DNA of 55,618 bases, counting the filler, from Dirinaria sp. TL-2023a (taxonomy: Eukaryota), in assembly GCA_051941275.1 (NCBI GenBank). It is 2 parts of 2 records of this genome, joined end to end, with 100 filler letters (N's around TTAATTAATTAA, not from the genome) between each part and the next. Parts side by side here need not be neighbours in the genome. Positions count along the whole stretch, not along the records: positions 1 to 27,785 come from JAVEBF010000135.1; positions 27,886 to 55,618 come from JAVEBF010000136.1. One strand, given 5' to 3'. Shown here piece after piece: positions 24,301-37,271 of this stretch. Position numbers and translations under genes: made by a program. The stretch's first letter is position 1. Each line of letters begins with the position of its first letter. The notes beneath the pieces are model-generated. The model worked only from the letters and a program-made list of their open reading frames with translations, did no database searches and had not been told where the DNA came from.

Positions 24301-27300
24301 TGGATGAAATCGTTCGGTATCTTAACAAAGCAAGCCTGAAACTTAGGCTCTTCTTGTGGCAGAGGTTAGGGGCTGCATATGAATCAATTGACTACCTTCC
24401 TCAAGTTGTATCCTGCAACCTAAGGCGTATCGGGCTCATAGTTGAGCATCTGCAGACGTCAGATTACACCAGTCAGCCAAGCCTAGTCCGTCAATTAAGT
24501 CTTTCAGAGTGGCTTGGAGACCTCGAGCGTCTGATTAGCACCACCCAGACACTGATCGAAAAGCAACCGAATGCTTTCGAAATCGTAGACCTGGCTCAGC
24601 TTCAGTCGTCCATGGCGATGATGTTTGAACTGCAGCGAGTTATCCACGTCTATGTTTTATGGTTGGACTCGGTACGAGTCGGTCAGAACACCATGCCGCA
24701 GGCCCCTCGTGGCTCCGCAACTACTGCATTCATGTCTTCAATGGCAAAAATAGCCGACATGCAGATCAAAACATGGAAAATGCAATTCTTTCTCATCAAA
24801 GAGGCAACAGTCCAAGCTTATGACCTTTTCGGCACACCAAAAGACGACTTGATAGACTACCTCAATCTACTTCACTATTCGCTCGGATTGAGGGAGTTGT
24901 GTGGAGGATGTGAAAAGAGCTTTTTGAGATTGATGAAAACGGAATTGCTACTTCACAGAGGAACGGAGAGGTGGGAGCACGATTACGCTCAGGTCATCTT
25001 TGATCTCCACGGCGTAAGGATCTGCCCTGGCTTCACCAGTATAAGAAATCATGGGTGCACGCCGGAAATCCTTGACCGAGCTACAGCTTTCGAGCTTATG
25101 GACTATGTTCTCGTCCAGGCTAATAGGATGGCTATCAAGGATCTTGCCAAGAGCGAACTTAAGTCCACCATCGACAGGATGCAGCAAGCGATCAAAACAC
25201 CAAAGCCTTCGAATGCCAGTAATTTCAACAAACGCGCCATAGCACATTTCCTCAGGTCTCCGGTCAATCCACTGGATATGTATCGCGCCTTTCAAGGCAT
25301 AGGCGAGCTATCGTCCATCATCATCAGCAACGATTTCACAGTGATCGCCGATAAAGGATGGTATTCCTTGCTTGGGCAAATATCTTTGGCTAGATTCCGC
25401 GCGCAAAAGCGAAGCATCCCAGGGCCTTTGGACGATCTCGACTTCGCGATGACATTCTTCAAGCTCGATCTTGAACTGGGGATGGAGAAATGGGAGACTT
25501 GGTATAGGCTAGCCCAAGCCTATGACACTAAGATCGAAGAAAACACGAGGTGGAATGCCGATAAAATCAGCAATGGCACCGAGGAGTTGAAGGCTTTGCA
25601 GCGTAGCGCGGTACACTGCTATACTATGGCAGTGGCAACAGCATCAAGAAGCGCTGATGCTTCCTTCGAGACTGTTGGGAAGATGTCAGACATGTATTCC
25701 GACTTTGCGACACGGATCTACGCATCCTCGCGCGAACCTTTCTCGATGAAAGCTTTCAGCTTGGAGGACTTCGCAAGGCAATTCAGTAACCCGAATCAAG
25801 GAATGTACAAGAAACGTCCATTTAGGGATTTGCAGCTGTATCCAGCGTGGGTTTTCGCAAGCTACCTGTTACGGCGGGCATTGGACAGCAAAGCTGATAA
25901 TTGGATGTAAGTGAAACTGGTTGGCATAGGGCGACGGTGTTCGATTGCTAATTTGCGGATTAGGGGCTGGTACATGCTCGGGAAATGCCTTTGGAAGATG
26001 TATGATTGCAATGACGATGTGCGAGGCCGTGGCAAGCGACCCGATTACAAGGGCGTTCTGAATGCCATCACGAGAGCTATTGAGGCAGTTCCCGACCGCT
26101 GCGACAATCGACATCCAGAAAAAGAGCCCGTTCTTGAGCCTCACTACAAGCTCGTGTCAATCGTGCACAAGTTGGTCCAGAAGGGGCAGCTACAGCCAGC
26201 AGAGGCATCTTCATATCTGAAAGCGACTTACTACGCTCGTAAGGTGCCGCCTGTTGAAGAGGCAGATGATTGGGAAATGTACATATCGCAAGTACTAAAG
26301 GCGCTGCGAGCAGCTGACAAGTTACATTGGCATCATCGAATGGCTGCCCGGGTAAGTCATGCCAATGCAACAATCCCGTTAGCTACGACTAATTTGTAGC
26401 AGGCTGCTCATATAATCTACGATGATTCCCCGAATGACATCCGCTCAGCGCTCGGCGCGAAGCACGAGCTGACACAGCAGATATTTACAAAGACCATGGC
26501 CATTCAAGTCTGGAGACCAGACAATGAGCGAGCGGGGAGACACTTCGTATATACGAGCCGTTACGCCAAATTCTTCGTTCGTCTACTGTTTCAGCTTAAC
26601 GACAAAGCCAGTTTCGAAGCGTTGTCGAAGCGCATTCGAAAGCGTTCTGGAGAATTTCTAGGTCACGGAGAAATATGGCAAGAAGTCTGTCTGACATACC
26701 TGGAGCTTCTACGACGCCAAGCGCCCCGAGGACGTGTACCCGCAGAGCACGAGATGACTGTTTTTAAATCAGTTCCTCATGAGATATTTGTCCTGAACGC
26801 TGATCGCCTTGAAAGCTGGGCTCACCTTCCCGACACAACCTCCCCATTACTAGACATCATCAAAGAGACCGTCGACCTGAAAAAGACGAACTTGAATCTC
26901 ATGAAAGCAGGTGTCATCGAAGATCTAATCGGGGACACGTACGCGCTCTTGTACGAGCAGACAGTGCCCGACCTCATAGCAAGATCCAACGACGAAGAGA
27001 ATCGCGTGCGTATGCGAGTCGATCACGTTCTCGCTGGTCCCGAAGCCTCCGCCTCGGCCTCGGCCTTAGCAGCAGCTACCCCTCCTCTATATGATCCAGC
27101 TGCTAAACCGGGGGAGGCGGCATCAACCAAGCCGCGCTTCAAAGGCGTCACTAGGCGCGAAGTCCAGAAGCGAGCCGAGGCTCTAGTAGCCAAACCTGCG
27201 CCTGCCCCTGCCCCTGCCGCCACGGTGCTCGCAAACGCCAAAGCGACGCCAAAAGGCGCAACGGAGCAACCGGTCAACGCAGCCACGCTGGCCATGAGGG

Positions 27301-27665
27301 ACGAGGTAGGGACCAAGGAAGTAGTCAGCAGCGTTCCAGGGAGCGTGCACGACAGCGCGGACGACGAGAGCGAGCTGAGCGAGCTCGAGGAATTCGTCGA
27401 TGCCCCGGAGAAACCGGCTACCATGATGTTCCCGAATTTGGCCGGCAAGGCAGGGGAGGAGGAGGAAGATGATGACGATGATAATGGGGACGATGAGGAA
27501 GAGGGTGAAGATGGAGAAGGAGAAGGAGAAGGAGAAGGGAAGTATGAAGACGGAGATGAGGACGAGGACGAGGAAACGTTTCGGTCGCCGGAGCAGCAGG
27601 GTGATGAAAGAGATCAGGATGGGAGAGCTGACGATGGCAGTGCGCAGCCTATGGACGTAGAATAG
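21389..27665 (+). CDS. HIR3: Histone transcription regulator Hir3 (HIRA complex subunit, Cabin1 orthologue)
   Basis: Coding exons 21389-21391 (ATG only), 21451-21525, 21591-25906, 25964-26351 and 26403-27665. The spliced N-terminus MSGFTALNIEPEEDSEDEIDDSKEIQIEEALKSYQNALRLHSQG matches fungal Hir3. C-terminal motifs EPVLEPHYKLVSIVHKLV, WHHRMAAR and VWRPDNERAGRHFVYT. Acidic tail. Confidence 0.9.
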
Positions 27666-27785
27666 TAGCTGAAACCGATAACCCTGTACGATAGTTGCGC
27701 GATGTATGATAGAGAAGCGAAAAACCAGTTATGAGATGTTATAATCCGTACTCTATATCTCCCTCTTTCCTTCCCCCACCCGCGC

Positions 27786-27885
27786 NNNNNNNNNNNNNNN
27801 NNNNNNNNNNNNNNNNNNNNNNNNNNNNNTTAATTAATTAANNNNNNNNNNNNNNNNNNNNNNNNNNNNNNNNNNNNNNNNNNNN
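27786..27885. other. Assembly gap filled with an artificial linker: N44-TTAATTAATTAA-N44
   Basis: Exactly 100 bp and symmetric. The 12-mer is palindromic and places TAA in all six frames. Confidence 0.95.
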
Positions 27886-28215
27886 CTATGTAATAGCCGC
27901 TACTGCTTGCTTTTATCTCGGCGACAAGTCGTGATTCAATCTTTCAAAGATTATAAAAAAATCTTACCAATTCTACCACTCCAAAACTACAGTATGTACG
28001 AATTTCTTCTTTATTGATTCAAGAAAGTTTAAGTTACAGTGCTAACTTGATAGAACTTACTTTCTCCTTCCCTCGAAAATCCTAAATGCTAGAAAACCCC
28101 AAAGGAGCTCCCAACATCTATCCAAATTAACCATGCCGGACCCCTGAATTGGTGATAGGTATTAAAAATCAATAGTGATGCATGTTTACTACATATTAGC
28201 GCTAATGTAAGGGAA

Positions 28216-28269
28216 AAGAAGAAGAAGAAGAAGAAGAAGAAGAAGAAGAAGAAGAAGAAGAAGAAGAAG
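28216..28269 (+). repeat. (AAG)18 microsatellite within a longer polypurine tract
   Basis: Perfect trinucleotide repeat read directly from the sequence. Confidence 0.97.
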
Positions 28270-28731
28270 AGAAAGTAGGAAGTAGAGAAACATCGAGGGA
28301 AAAAAAAAACAAAAACAAAAGAAATCTCAAAAAACTGCGTCCCATGTTTCAGGACGCCGGATGGATTCGAGTCTACTGCCATCGACATTTTACACTTCGT
28401 TCGCCTGGAAGAGTGGCCTTCAGTCTTGCAGCATGTCGCTGACGAGGGTGAGAAGCTGAGAAGTGCAAGCAGGTTCTAGATCGTCCAGCATAATAGAGCC
28501 GAGAGGGACTGAGGTGTGGCATGTGCCAAGAATTGGCAGAGGTTTTGGCAACCGAGGCCACTTCTCTGCTCTAAAGTCCGCACTCTTCTCGTCTCTCGAC
28601 TCTCGAGGCCCCGCGCTTCGCAATGGCGTCATAGCATCAGAAGCCCCGAAAGGTGTGTCCGTAAGTGCGACGGGCTGTAGAGCGGGTGTTACTCTGTGCG
28701 AAACGGTATTTATGTCGAGAGACGGAATACA

Positions 28732-29933
28732 ATGTCAGTCCAAACGAAAGCCACGATTGCCTCCTTCGGCGGCAAGCTGCTGAAACTCACTCACAATGCC
28801 TCCACAACCAATTGCGAAATGGGCTTCAACCTCTTCCTACCCCCACAAGCCTCCACGAACCCGTTACGGAAAGTTCCGTTGCTGATATACCTCGCCGGTC
28901 TCACGTGTACGGGGGACAATGGGGCGGAGAAGGGCTTTTTCCAGCACAAAGCCAGCCAGGAGGGGATAGCGGTCTTGTACCCTGATACCAGTCCTCGTGG
29001 GTCCGCCTCCAGCGTTTGCTGTCGATATAATGAATGGCTCTTCGAGCGCCTTTGATCACTTGAACTTAAGAAGCGAATCCGACGCGGTTTCTCCATCAAC
29101 ATGTCGCTGACCTAGTATGTCCCTGCTGCGACAGGTGGCCTACAGATTGAAGGCGAGGATGAATCGTACGATTTCGGTTCCGGCGCTGGCTTCTACCTCG
29201 ACGCTACCAAGGCGCCGTGGTCGAAAGGCTACAAGATGTATAGCTACATTTCGTCTGAGCTCCCGCCGACAGTCTTCGAGAACTTTAAACAAGTGGACAG
29301 TGAGCGAGTCAGTGTTTTCGGGCACAGCATGGGTGGGCACGGCGCTCTGACACTGGTAAGTAAAACCTTCGTTGAACGTTGAGAGGAGAAGATATGAAAA
29401 TATTGCTAAAGCCAGGCCCGCAGTTCCTGAAAAACCCAGGAAAATATAAATCCGTCTCAGCTTACGCGCCTATCGCCAACCCAACCAATTGTCAATGGGG
29501 CCAGAAAGCTTTTTCGGGCTACCTGAATGACAAGTCCGAGTGGGCTGAATATGACGCCACAGAGCTCGTCAAGAAGTGGAGCGGCGGACCACTGGATATC
29601 CTGATCGATGTGGTAAGATTTGCTGCCCTACAATTAGTCCCGAATGGAGCCTCTTCCCCTTTTCTGTTCACGCAGATGCTCTTGCGAATATTTTGTTTCC
29701 GACCCAATCGAGCAAGGAGGCTTTTGCTGACACGGTAACGTGCATAGGGCACATCCGACAATTTCTACCATCAAGGCCAACTGCTGCCTGAGAACTTCCA
29801 AAAAGCGGCGTCGGAGAAAAGCGATGGTGGCGTGAGAATCAGGTGGCAGGAGGGCTACGATCACAGCTATTTCACAATGGCTTCGTTCGCCGATGATCAT
29901 GTGGGTCACGCAGCCAGATATCTGCTTGGATAA
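28732..29933 (+). CDS. S-formylglutathione hydrolase (esterase D family)
   Basis: Exons 28732-28996, 29135-29355, 29424-29612 and 29748-29933. Motifs [29 protein letters not shown], nucleophile elbow [17 protein letters not shown] and EGYDHSYF. Confidence 0.95.
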
Positions 29934-30329
29934 GCTGTATGGTACACGGTAATTACAAAAAGAATGATGACCGAATCAACGTTAGTAATGCCCTACATCG
30001 TTGCAGTCGTATACAAACGCAACTTACGGGCTAGCCGAATGTATTTCATACGCAATGCCCTTGCAAGAATCGAGTCTCAAAAGAAAAGACTGCGATTCAC
30101 TGAAATCGAATTGTACATAGTTTGGCGTGCGTGAGAATATTTATGTACATTTCTTTGTGGTATCATAAGCAGCATTGGTTCCTGCCGGAGAAGTGGACAG
30201 GCTGAGCGTGCCCACACCTATGAGTACCAAGAAGCAATCCGATGAGCCGGTCCTAAACCTGGGATACCCTAAATACAAAACCGTCCGATGTGCAAACAAC
30301 ACCAACCATTGCTCCCAAGGATTACTTAC

Positions 30330-33300
30330 TTAGGACAGGAAGACCGGGATCCCGTACACCACCGGTGCCGCGCCGTTCAAATACTTCATGATACACGAGT
30401 CCCTGCTCTCTGCAACCGCTTGATCGAGAGACATCCCCTCTCCACGCCTACCACTCGTCGCATCGGCTTCCTTCTGCTTCCCCTTCCGTCTTGTCCCTCG
30501 CTTCACCGGGCTACCTGTGGTCGCCGGCACCGCTGGCGCTTGCCGCTCGAACAATCCCCATTTCTCCAACGTGGTCTGCGAGAACCGATCGATGTCCTTG
30601 TCTGTGACGTCCCACAGAGTTGCCAATAGAGCTGGACATCCGGCATGCATGTAATTCATGGGCGTGCCATAGGATTCATACGTTCCGGCTTCGGTCATCG
30701 TCCCGCTACTGCAACCCATCAGCAGGGCTACAGCGCACTTGTCAAGTCTCTTGACTGTTCGGGAGCGGATGTATTGGCCTCCGCTGCCGTGCCCGAAGTA
30801 AAGGAATACGTTGCTGGTCTCCAGCGCTTCCTTCAACTCCATTTCCTTGGGCTCACGGTTTACTATAGATTCCCAGTCAGAGAGCTCGCTCAATGACTCC
30901 TCGAACCTTGACTGGGTGGCTGTAAGGTCCCCGGAAGGGTTGAGTACGTATGTCCCACTTGACCGACTAATGGTAAATTGGCCATTAGAAGACGCTGCGA
31001 GGCCATCATGTTGCAGAATTCGATCCCGAAGGAAATGAAGCGAAGGCAATCGAGACACGGCTCGTCCTTTGAGGCATTGCAGCGACTCCCATGGGAAGCT
31101 GTGCAATGCTTTATCCAATATCAGGATGGTGTGCTGGTTCTTGGCCGGGCGCATTGTGCTCTCAGATGCAGCATGATATTGTCGGAGTGCATCGAGTATC
31201 TCGACTGTGATCTAGATTATCTCCGTCAGCTTATCACACTGTTGCAGAGTGGAACTACTAACGCTGTCAAAATCGATTTCGTCGTAAGCGTTACGTTCGC
31301 CATGAAATTGGAGAATATCGGTCACGAAGTATAGCAAATCTGTCAGATCTTCGTCGAGGTCTGTGTCATTTGGGTTACCAAGGGCCGTGAACAACTCGAG
31401 AACATGCCGGTCCACGTTGACTTTTTGCGCCTTACTGTTCTTCGCTTGTTTCTGCCGTGACGGTAGATGCCTGTCAAGAACGCTCTCAAACGTCCGCTCA
31501 AAACGTAGAAAGAGATACTCCTCATCTATCGCCGGGCGGAATACTCCACGGAAGCCGCCGAACCATGTGTTCTCAATATCAAGCAGTAGATTCTTAATGC
31601 GGCCATCGAGAGCAGCTCGAGCTTCCCACCACTCAGCTTTGGCACCTTTTCGTGCTGTATCAGGAGTGGATTGGGATGAGTAGTTCGCAAGGTTAATTAT
31701 GTCCTGAATCTCGGCTCGGGCTTGACCTAGATTGAATGTCTCTCCATCGGCTTGTTGTGAGCTGCGTCTCTCTAAGGGAATAGCTAGAGCAAATGGCTCG
31801 CGGCCGGGTTGTAATTTCACCAGACGTATCTCGTTTCCAGAAATGCTTGAGGACATGGCTATGACGGTCCAAGATTCAGGCATCATACCCCAAAACTGCT
31901 CACGAAAAGCCGAGGAGTCGGACAAGAGTCCAGTCGGGCAACATTGGCTGTAATCTTCGCTGTCTGTCGGCCATCCAATTGCGTTGTCATGGAGTAATAG
32001 TTGACGTTCCATCTGGATCGCTGATTTTTCGCGAACTGCAGCCACGAGCCGACCAATCTCTGAACGGAGCACGTTAGCCTTTCGATTGCGTTATTAGAAC
32101 GTTTGAAGTATTACCTGTGACGAAAGCCACGCTCATTGGATTATATATACCCTTCCCTGATGAGGTACTGATTGAGCACAGCATCAACAAAGCTCTGCTT
32201 AGTATGTCGCTCAGAGTATGGTTTGCTGCGGTGGAAGAAGATTTGGTAGCTAACGTGCAGATGTTGCTTAGCTCGTCTTGAGTTTGTTGTAGAAGGTTGC
32301 GAAAGTCGAAGTGCGAGGCCGAGACAAGATTAACGGCTGATTTTGAAACGTCTTTGCGATTTGGACCTTTCTTAAGAGCAGCCGCCTTTTGAGTGATCTG
32401 GCTCCCACCCTCAGCCTGCTGCTGCCTTACCGCGCATACCGCTGGGCAAGAAATTGTTGACTCCGGAAGAATTGAGAAAGTAAGGTCGGATGCCATGCTT
32501 TCGATTGTACGACGGAGGCGCAATTGAGCTTTCAGCAACGTCTGCAGTACAAATCCTTCCAACTCCACAGGACCCTTTACAGGTGCACTTAGCAACCTTT
32601 CGGCGCTGTCGAGGTCGCCGGCGCATATGGCTATCCTAGCCCGTTGATTTGAGATATATGATCTGCCGCGGTGGATAAAATTTGAATCCATTATACGATG
32701 CTCTGTTGATGTCTGTTTGGTATGGTCCCCTCTTCGGAGGGCTTGTCTACTAACTTTTTCGTTCGCTGCATTGGTATCGGACCTATTATTTAGGTGCTTA
32801 GTACGCCCTTTTAGAGTCATCTTGAGCATTCGTGATTCTAGAGTCTCTACGCTGCGAGAACTATCGTTGCGACTAATACACCTCGACAACATGTCTAGTG
32901 CATTTTCGGCACGGCAAAGTGCGGATTCTGCAGAGGTGAGGTCTCCCTCTAACATGTATTTCTCCGCAAGATATGACTGGAGTCTTAAATAGTGGTGGTC
33001 TTGTCGCTCGGCTTGTAGACCGAGTAGAGCTTTCTCAAAATATCTTGTACTTGACTCTATTTTACCGCTTCGGACCTTGTATTGTCCAGCTTGAGCGTGA
33101 AAGCGTCCTTCGTACGAAGCGGCTGGCACGTTTTTTGCGACCTTATTGGCTTGTTCGACATAATATTGAGCTTCCGAGAGCAATCCTTCATGGGCGTATG
33201 CCCTGGAAAGGTTGACTAGGCCATGGAACAGGCAAGGTACGAGGGACCACATATGGCGAAGTGAAGATATTCTTTGCTTCGCTAATGGCGTAGGGGATGG

Positions 33301-36300
33301 CTCTTTCTCTGTAAGCGACATCGAGGACATAGTAGCTGGAAGACCTGCGTCGCTTTCATCGACGGTATCGGTCATGGCAGTGCTCAATTGCCGCTTGTAT
33401 CGACGTTGTAGGCCGGTCCACACTCCATGCAGAAGTTTTACCCTGAGCCTACAAAGAAACAGCGTTCGGATAGGCCAACCCTCTGCCTTCGATATACCAG
33501 AGTAAATACTGGCAGCATCGGCCGTTAGAAGTACTATTAGGCGCTTACAGTCAGGGTCTGACTTGCTCGATAAGACGGCCTTGTCCCAAGCCTGCTTCGC
33601 CTGTTTCATATGCTGCTTGCTGATGAAGTCAGTCACATACTGTTGAAATCTGGGAAGGCTCACCTTTCTTCGACACTTCCAGCAGACAGGAGATATTTGG
33701 CATAGCTCAAGTACCAGCGACAAAGTGTCAATTCATCGCAATGAGTTCCCTCAGCATTGATATAAGTCTCTGCTTTGTGCAACGTCAGGCCAGCCTCTTT
33801 TGTATTTCCAAGTTTAGTATGCTGAGTTCCCAATTTCAAGAGTGTGTCAATCAGCTTGGAAATATGGGACGATGGCGATAAAGCATAAATATCGCTTAGC
33901 AATCTCAGTGCTACCACCTGCAGCGATTCATGACCGTATGCGTCAAGCCACTCAGCAATCACCTCCACTTGGAGAGTCCAATCTGAGATATCGTCCACAT
34001 AGCAAGAAAGGGCTGTTTTCCCCATCTGAGGCCTTAGCAAGGCGGACCACGCCTCTAAAGAATGACTCACGACGTCTATATCAGGTGTATCATTACAGAA
34101 TTCAGTAAAGATATTGTAGCCTCCCACAAGGTGTGTTCTAAACAAGCGCAGCCCATCGTCTTGGTGAAGGGGAATGCCTTGTGCGTCAGGTTCAACATTC
34201 TGAGGTAATTGATCTACAATTTCAGGAGGCAAGAGAAAATCATGAATTGAAGAAATACGCAAAAGTCGACAGCACACCCGAAGACGACGAACCGGGAAAT
34301 TCTGACTGTCATAGACAGATAGAAGAGTAGACGCGATGCTTTGCAGATGCAACCATAATCCGTTGCTAGCATTTCCACCAGCTAACATTGCTTCGATAGC
34401 GTTAAGTTGCCGTTCCAGTAAGATTCCTCTTCCGCTGCAACTTAGCTTCTCATCATCGATGACAGTACTAAAGTTTAGCTCTGGACCCTGCTCACCCTGC
34501 ATCGCTGCTTTTACATAAGCTGTCAACAGTCGGCCAAGACGCTGCCATGTATCGTCATTGCAGAAGAGCTCCAATATTGGCTTGTAGGCTCCAACTTCTG
34601 CTGCGGTGTCCAGGATTCCTGCTGCAAGCAAAATATGGATAGCTTCCTTGTACGACACTGTAGCTTTCTGAATGTCCCCCTTGGTTTCGTAGAACATGCC
34701 TTGCTTCTCCAATCGTATAGGGAGAAGACTCATTGATCGTTCCGCATTTGAAGATTTCTGGAGCAGATCAATCGAAATGGTTAGAGCTCCTTCCAAAAGA
34801 TCGGAGGCCACTTGGTCTTTCTGAAGTTGTAAGAACCGGCCCCAGTATATAGACGAGATGCAGGATAACAATGAGTTGCCATACTGACAGGTGGGGCTTG
34901 GATTTGATGATAGGTCGAAAGTATTCTGAAAACTTAAAACAAGACCAATGCACTCTTGGAGGGTTGCTTCAACTGTACGCCAATCCTCATTACTATCAAC
35001 AGAGGACTTCGCCACCAGAATGATGGATTCAATGTACGATTTCGTAATGCCCCAAGCAAACTGCCCTTTGTGATCGTGTTGCGTAGAATCGCTAGGCGGC
35101 CCGTAGTTCGCTTCGAGGATCATGTGCTTGCGCAAACATTGAAGACCTTGCAGCAGTATGCATTGACAAGAGATCTGCACTTGTTGTGGCAACTGACTTT
35201 TGGTCGCTGTCCCCCTACCGTTGCTATCATACAGCAAGGAAAAAATCGATTTTCGTAATTCATGAATGGCGATTACGAGGCTATCGATGTCTTCTCCTTT
35301 TCGAAATATGTCGAGACTCAGCTCGCGAGCAACACTAGCCAGCTGATTGTGTACCCTTTGATCATTTTGCAAGCCTGGCTGGCGTAGATAGAGAATGGCA
35401 ACTCTGCAAGTCAATGCGGCTTCTAGATATCTGGGTGCCTTGCGTTGTGCCAGGAATAGTTTTGCTTCTTCCAACCATTGATTAGCCTCAGAGAAAGAAG
35501 CGCAGTCCTGTGCTAAGCAGGACAGCTCTTGGTAAATTTGGAGTAATATTGGAGACTCAGCATCGCAGCACTCAACCGACTTGCGCTCCTGTGGATTGAA
35601 AAGGGAGAAAATTGTCGCGAAGCCGCTTCGACATATATGATATTTCTCGATCGCTGGAAGGACTGAGCGTCGACAGAATCCACGCAAATACTTTAAAAAA
35701 GGCTCGAATATCTCCTCAGAAACGCTACCGTTGTGGCATGAAAAGGCCCACCATTTTGCTTGTACTTGAAACGATAAGACTTGGAGTTGGAATGTGTTGT
35801 CGGCGTTACCGCCAATTTCCGATTTCTGAGAGGGATGACGGTCCTCTTCTGAACTTTTTAGACATAAGCCACGAATTATATTACAGACGGATCGTAACTG
35901 CTGTGCCGCTGCCGCTCGGCAGCTCAATGCTCCTCCACTCGCTTGACGCTCAATCAAATTGATAAGTGAATTTGGTGAATCGATTTGTAAACACTTGAGG
36001 ACGGCTCCTATATCGCTGGAACGAAAAGTGGCGGTGATAAGCCGGAGAGCTTGGAACTGTGAAGTTATAATCAAAGATAAGAGAGGACCGTTGTGGGCTG
36101 GTGCTGAGTATTGCAGAAGACTGAACGGTAAATTTTCGTTCTGCTCCCCTTCTGTTGCCGTGCTGGTCTGTGTTCCTGCAACAGCCACCTCGTCGATGCA
36201 AAGCTTGAGAACCTTGAGCTCCTGTGCAGCTAATTCATAGAATCCTAGTGCAAGGAGCTTGGTGATTAATGCGGAAATGCCATTCTCAAGCTGGAGAACA

Positions 36301-36932
36301 GGTGTTTGGGCCTTAGCGAACTCGGATCGCTGTAAGCCTCTCAGCGTTGCCAAAGCCACACAGGTACATTTCGCTTGGGCAAGTAAGCCTGATGCGCGAC
36401 CGTTCGGTTCTGGAGTTGATGAGCGACGTTTGTAGTCTTTTTCGGGGGACAATTGGGCGACACAGTTGACGGATATCAGTCGCAAAGGTGCCTTCCGGTG
36501 CAACTCGGCATCATCATTGGTTAATTCTGATGCTGTCGCTTTGATTGTGCTTTCTCCTGCTTTCGACTTTTCAACCCGAGGGGATTCCTTGAGCGCAGCA
36601 GTGAGCGACTGTAGCGTAGTATTGAAGACCTGCTTAGCAAGACTACTTTTCTGTCTTGCTGAGAGGCTTCCGCTGAAATTTTGTGGTTCTTCCAGAATTT
36701 TTACTCGAGGCTCTCTACAGCGTCGGTTCCCAGCAGGATTCCGCAAGCGAGGTTTTGTCGAAGGTTCTCTGCATTGGCTTTCAGCGGCCACAGATTGTCC
36801 CTTTCGCAGTCCATAATCTCCGTTTGACAGTACCACTTTCAAGCGAGCCACGGTTGCGGAAGAACATGTCGCGGCCGAAGCAACTGCGTGTACAATACTG
36901 GCTGCCTCGGCTGGCAGCTCTTCCTGGGTCAT
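30330..36932 (-). CDS. ESP1: Separase (peptidase C50; Esp1/Cut1/BimB)
   Basis: Exons 33664-36932, 32115-33619, 31263-32059 and 30330-31211 (introns of 44, 55 and 51 nt). C-terminal protease motifs LHSFPWESL, YVLNPSGDL, catalytic YFGHGSG and LLMGCSSG, LWDVTDKDID and YLNGAAPVVYGIPV. Confidence 0.95.
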
Positions 36933-37271
36933 CGTAGCATCGACAGGGACGCGATCAAAGCGAGCGCTCTAGCTTTGACGAGAAGCGCCATCTGGCTTAA
37001 GCCTAGCTGACGGGATGTTGGAAGAATCGCGACACGGCGTGCACTGGCTCTCGTTACCTGGCGATAATAATGCAAACACCGTAAACAAATAGTCAAAATA
37101 GTGGCTCTTACTCGGCAAACTTGCCTCTTTCGGAACTACCACGGCCGGGCATAATTTTACTTGCTTCAGGCACTCCAGTTCTTCCAAAACAATCATTACT
37201 TATTTTCACATTGCACGAAAATTATTGAGCTGCTTTAGTTTGAAATCGATCAACATTGGGAGACTGTCAGA

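Noticed and set aside
28335..28385. GGATTCGAGTC T-loop-like motif suggesting a tRNA
   Set aside because: No cloverleaf, A box or acceptor stem could be built.
28089..28388. Poly-Phe ORF
   Set aside because: Translation of the (AAG)18 microsatellite on the reverse strand.
12285..36932. Apparent genome-maintenance cluster (MUS81, BRF1, HIR3, ESP1)
   Set aside because: Unrelated pathways, interspersed with other genes, and split by an artificial scaffold gap.
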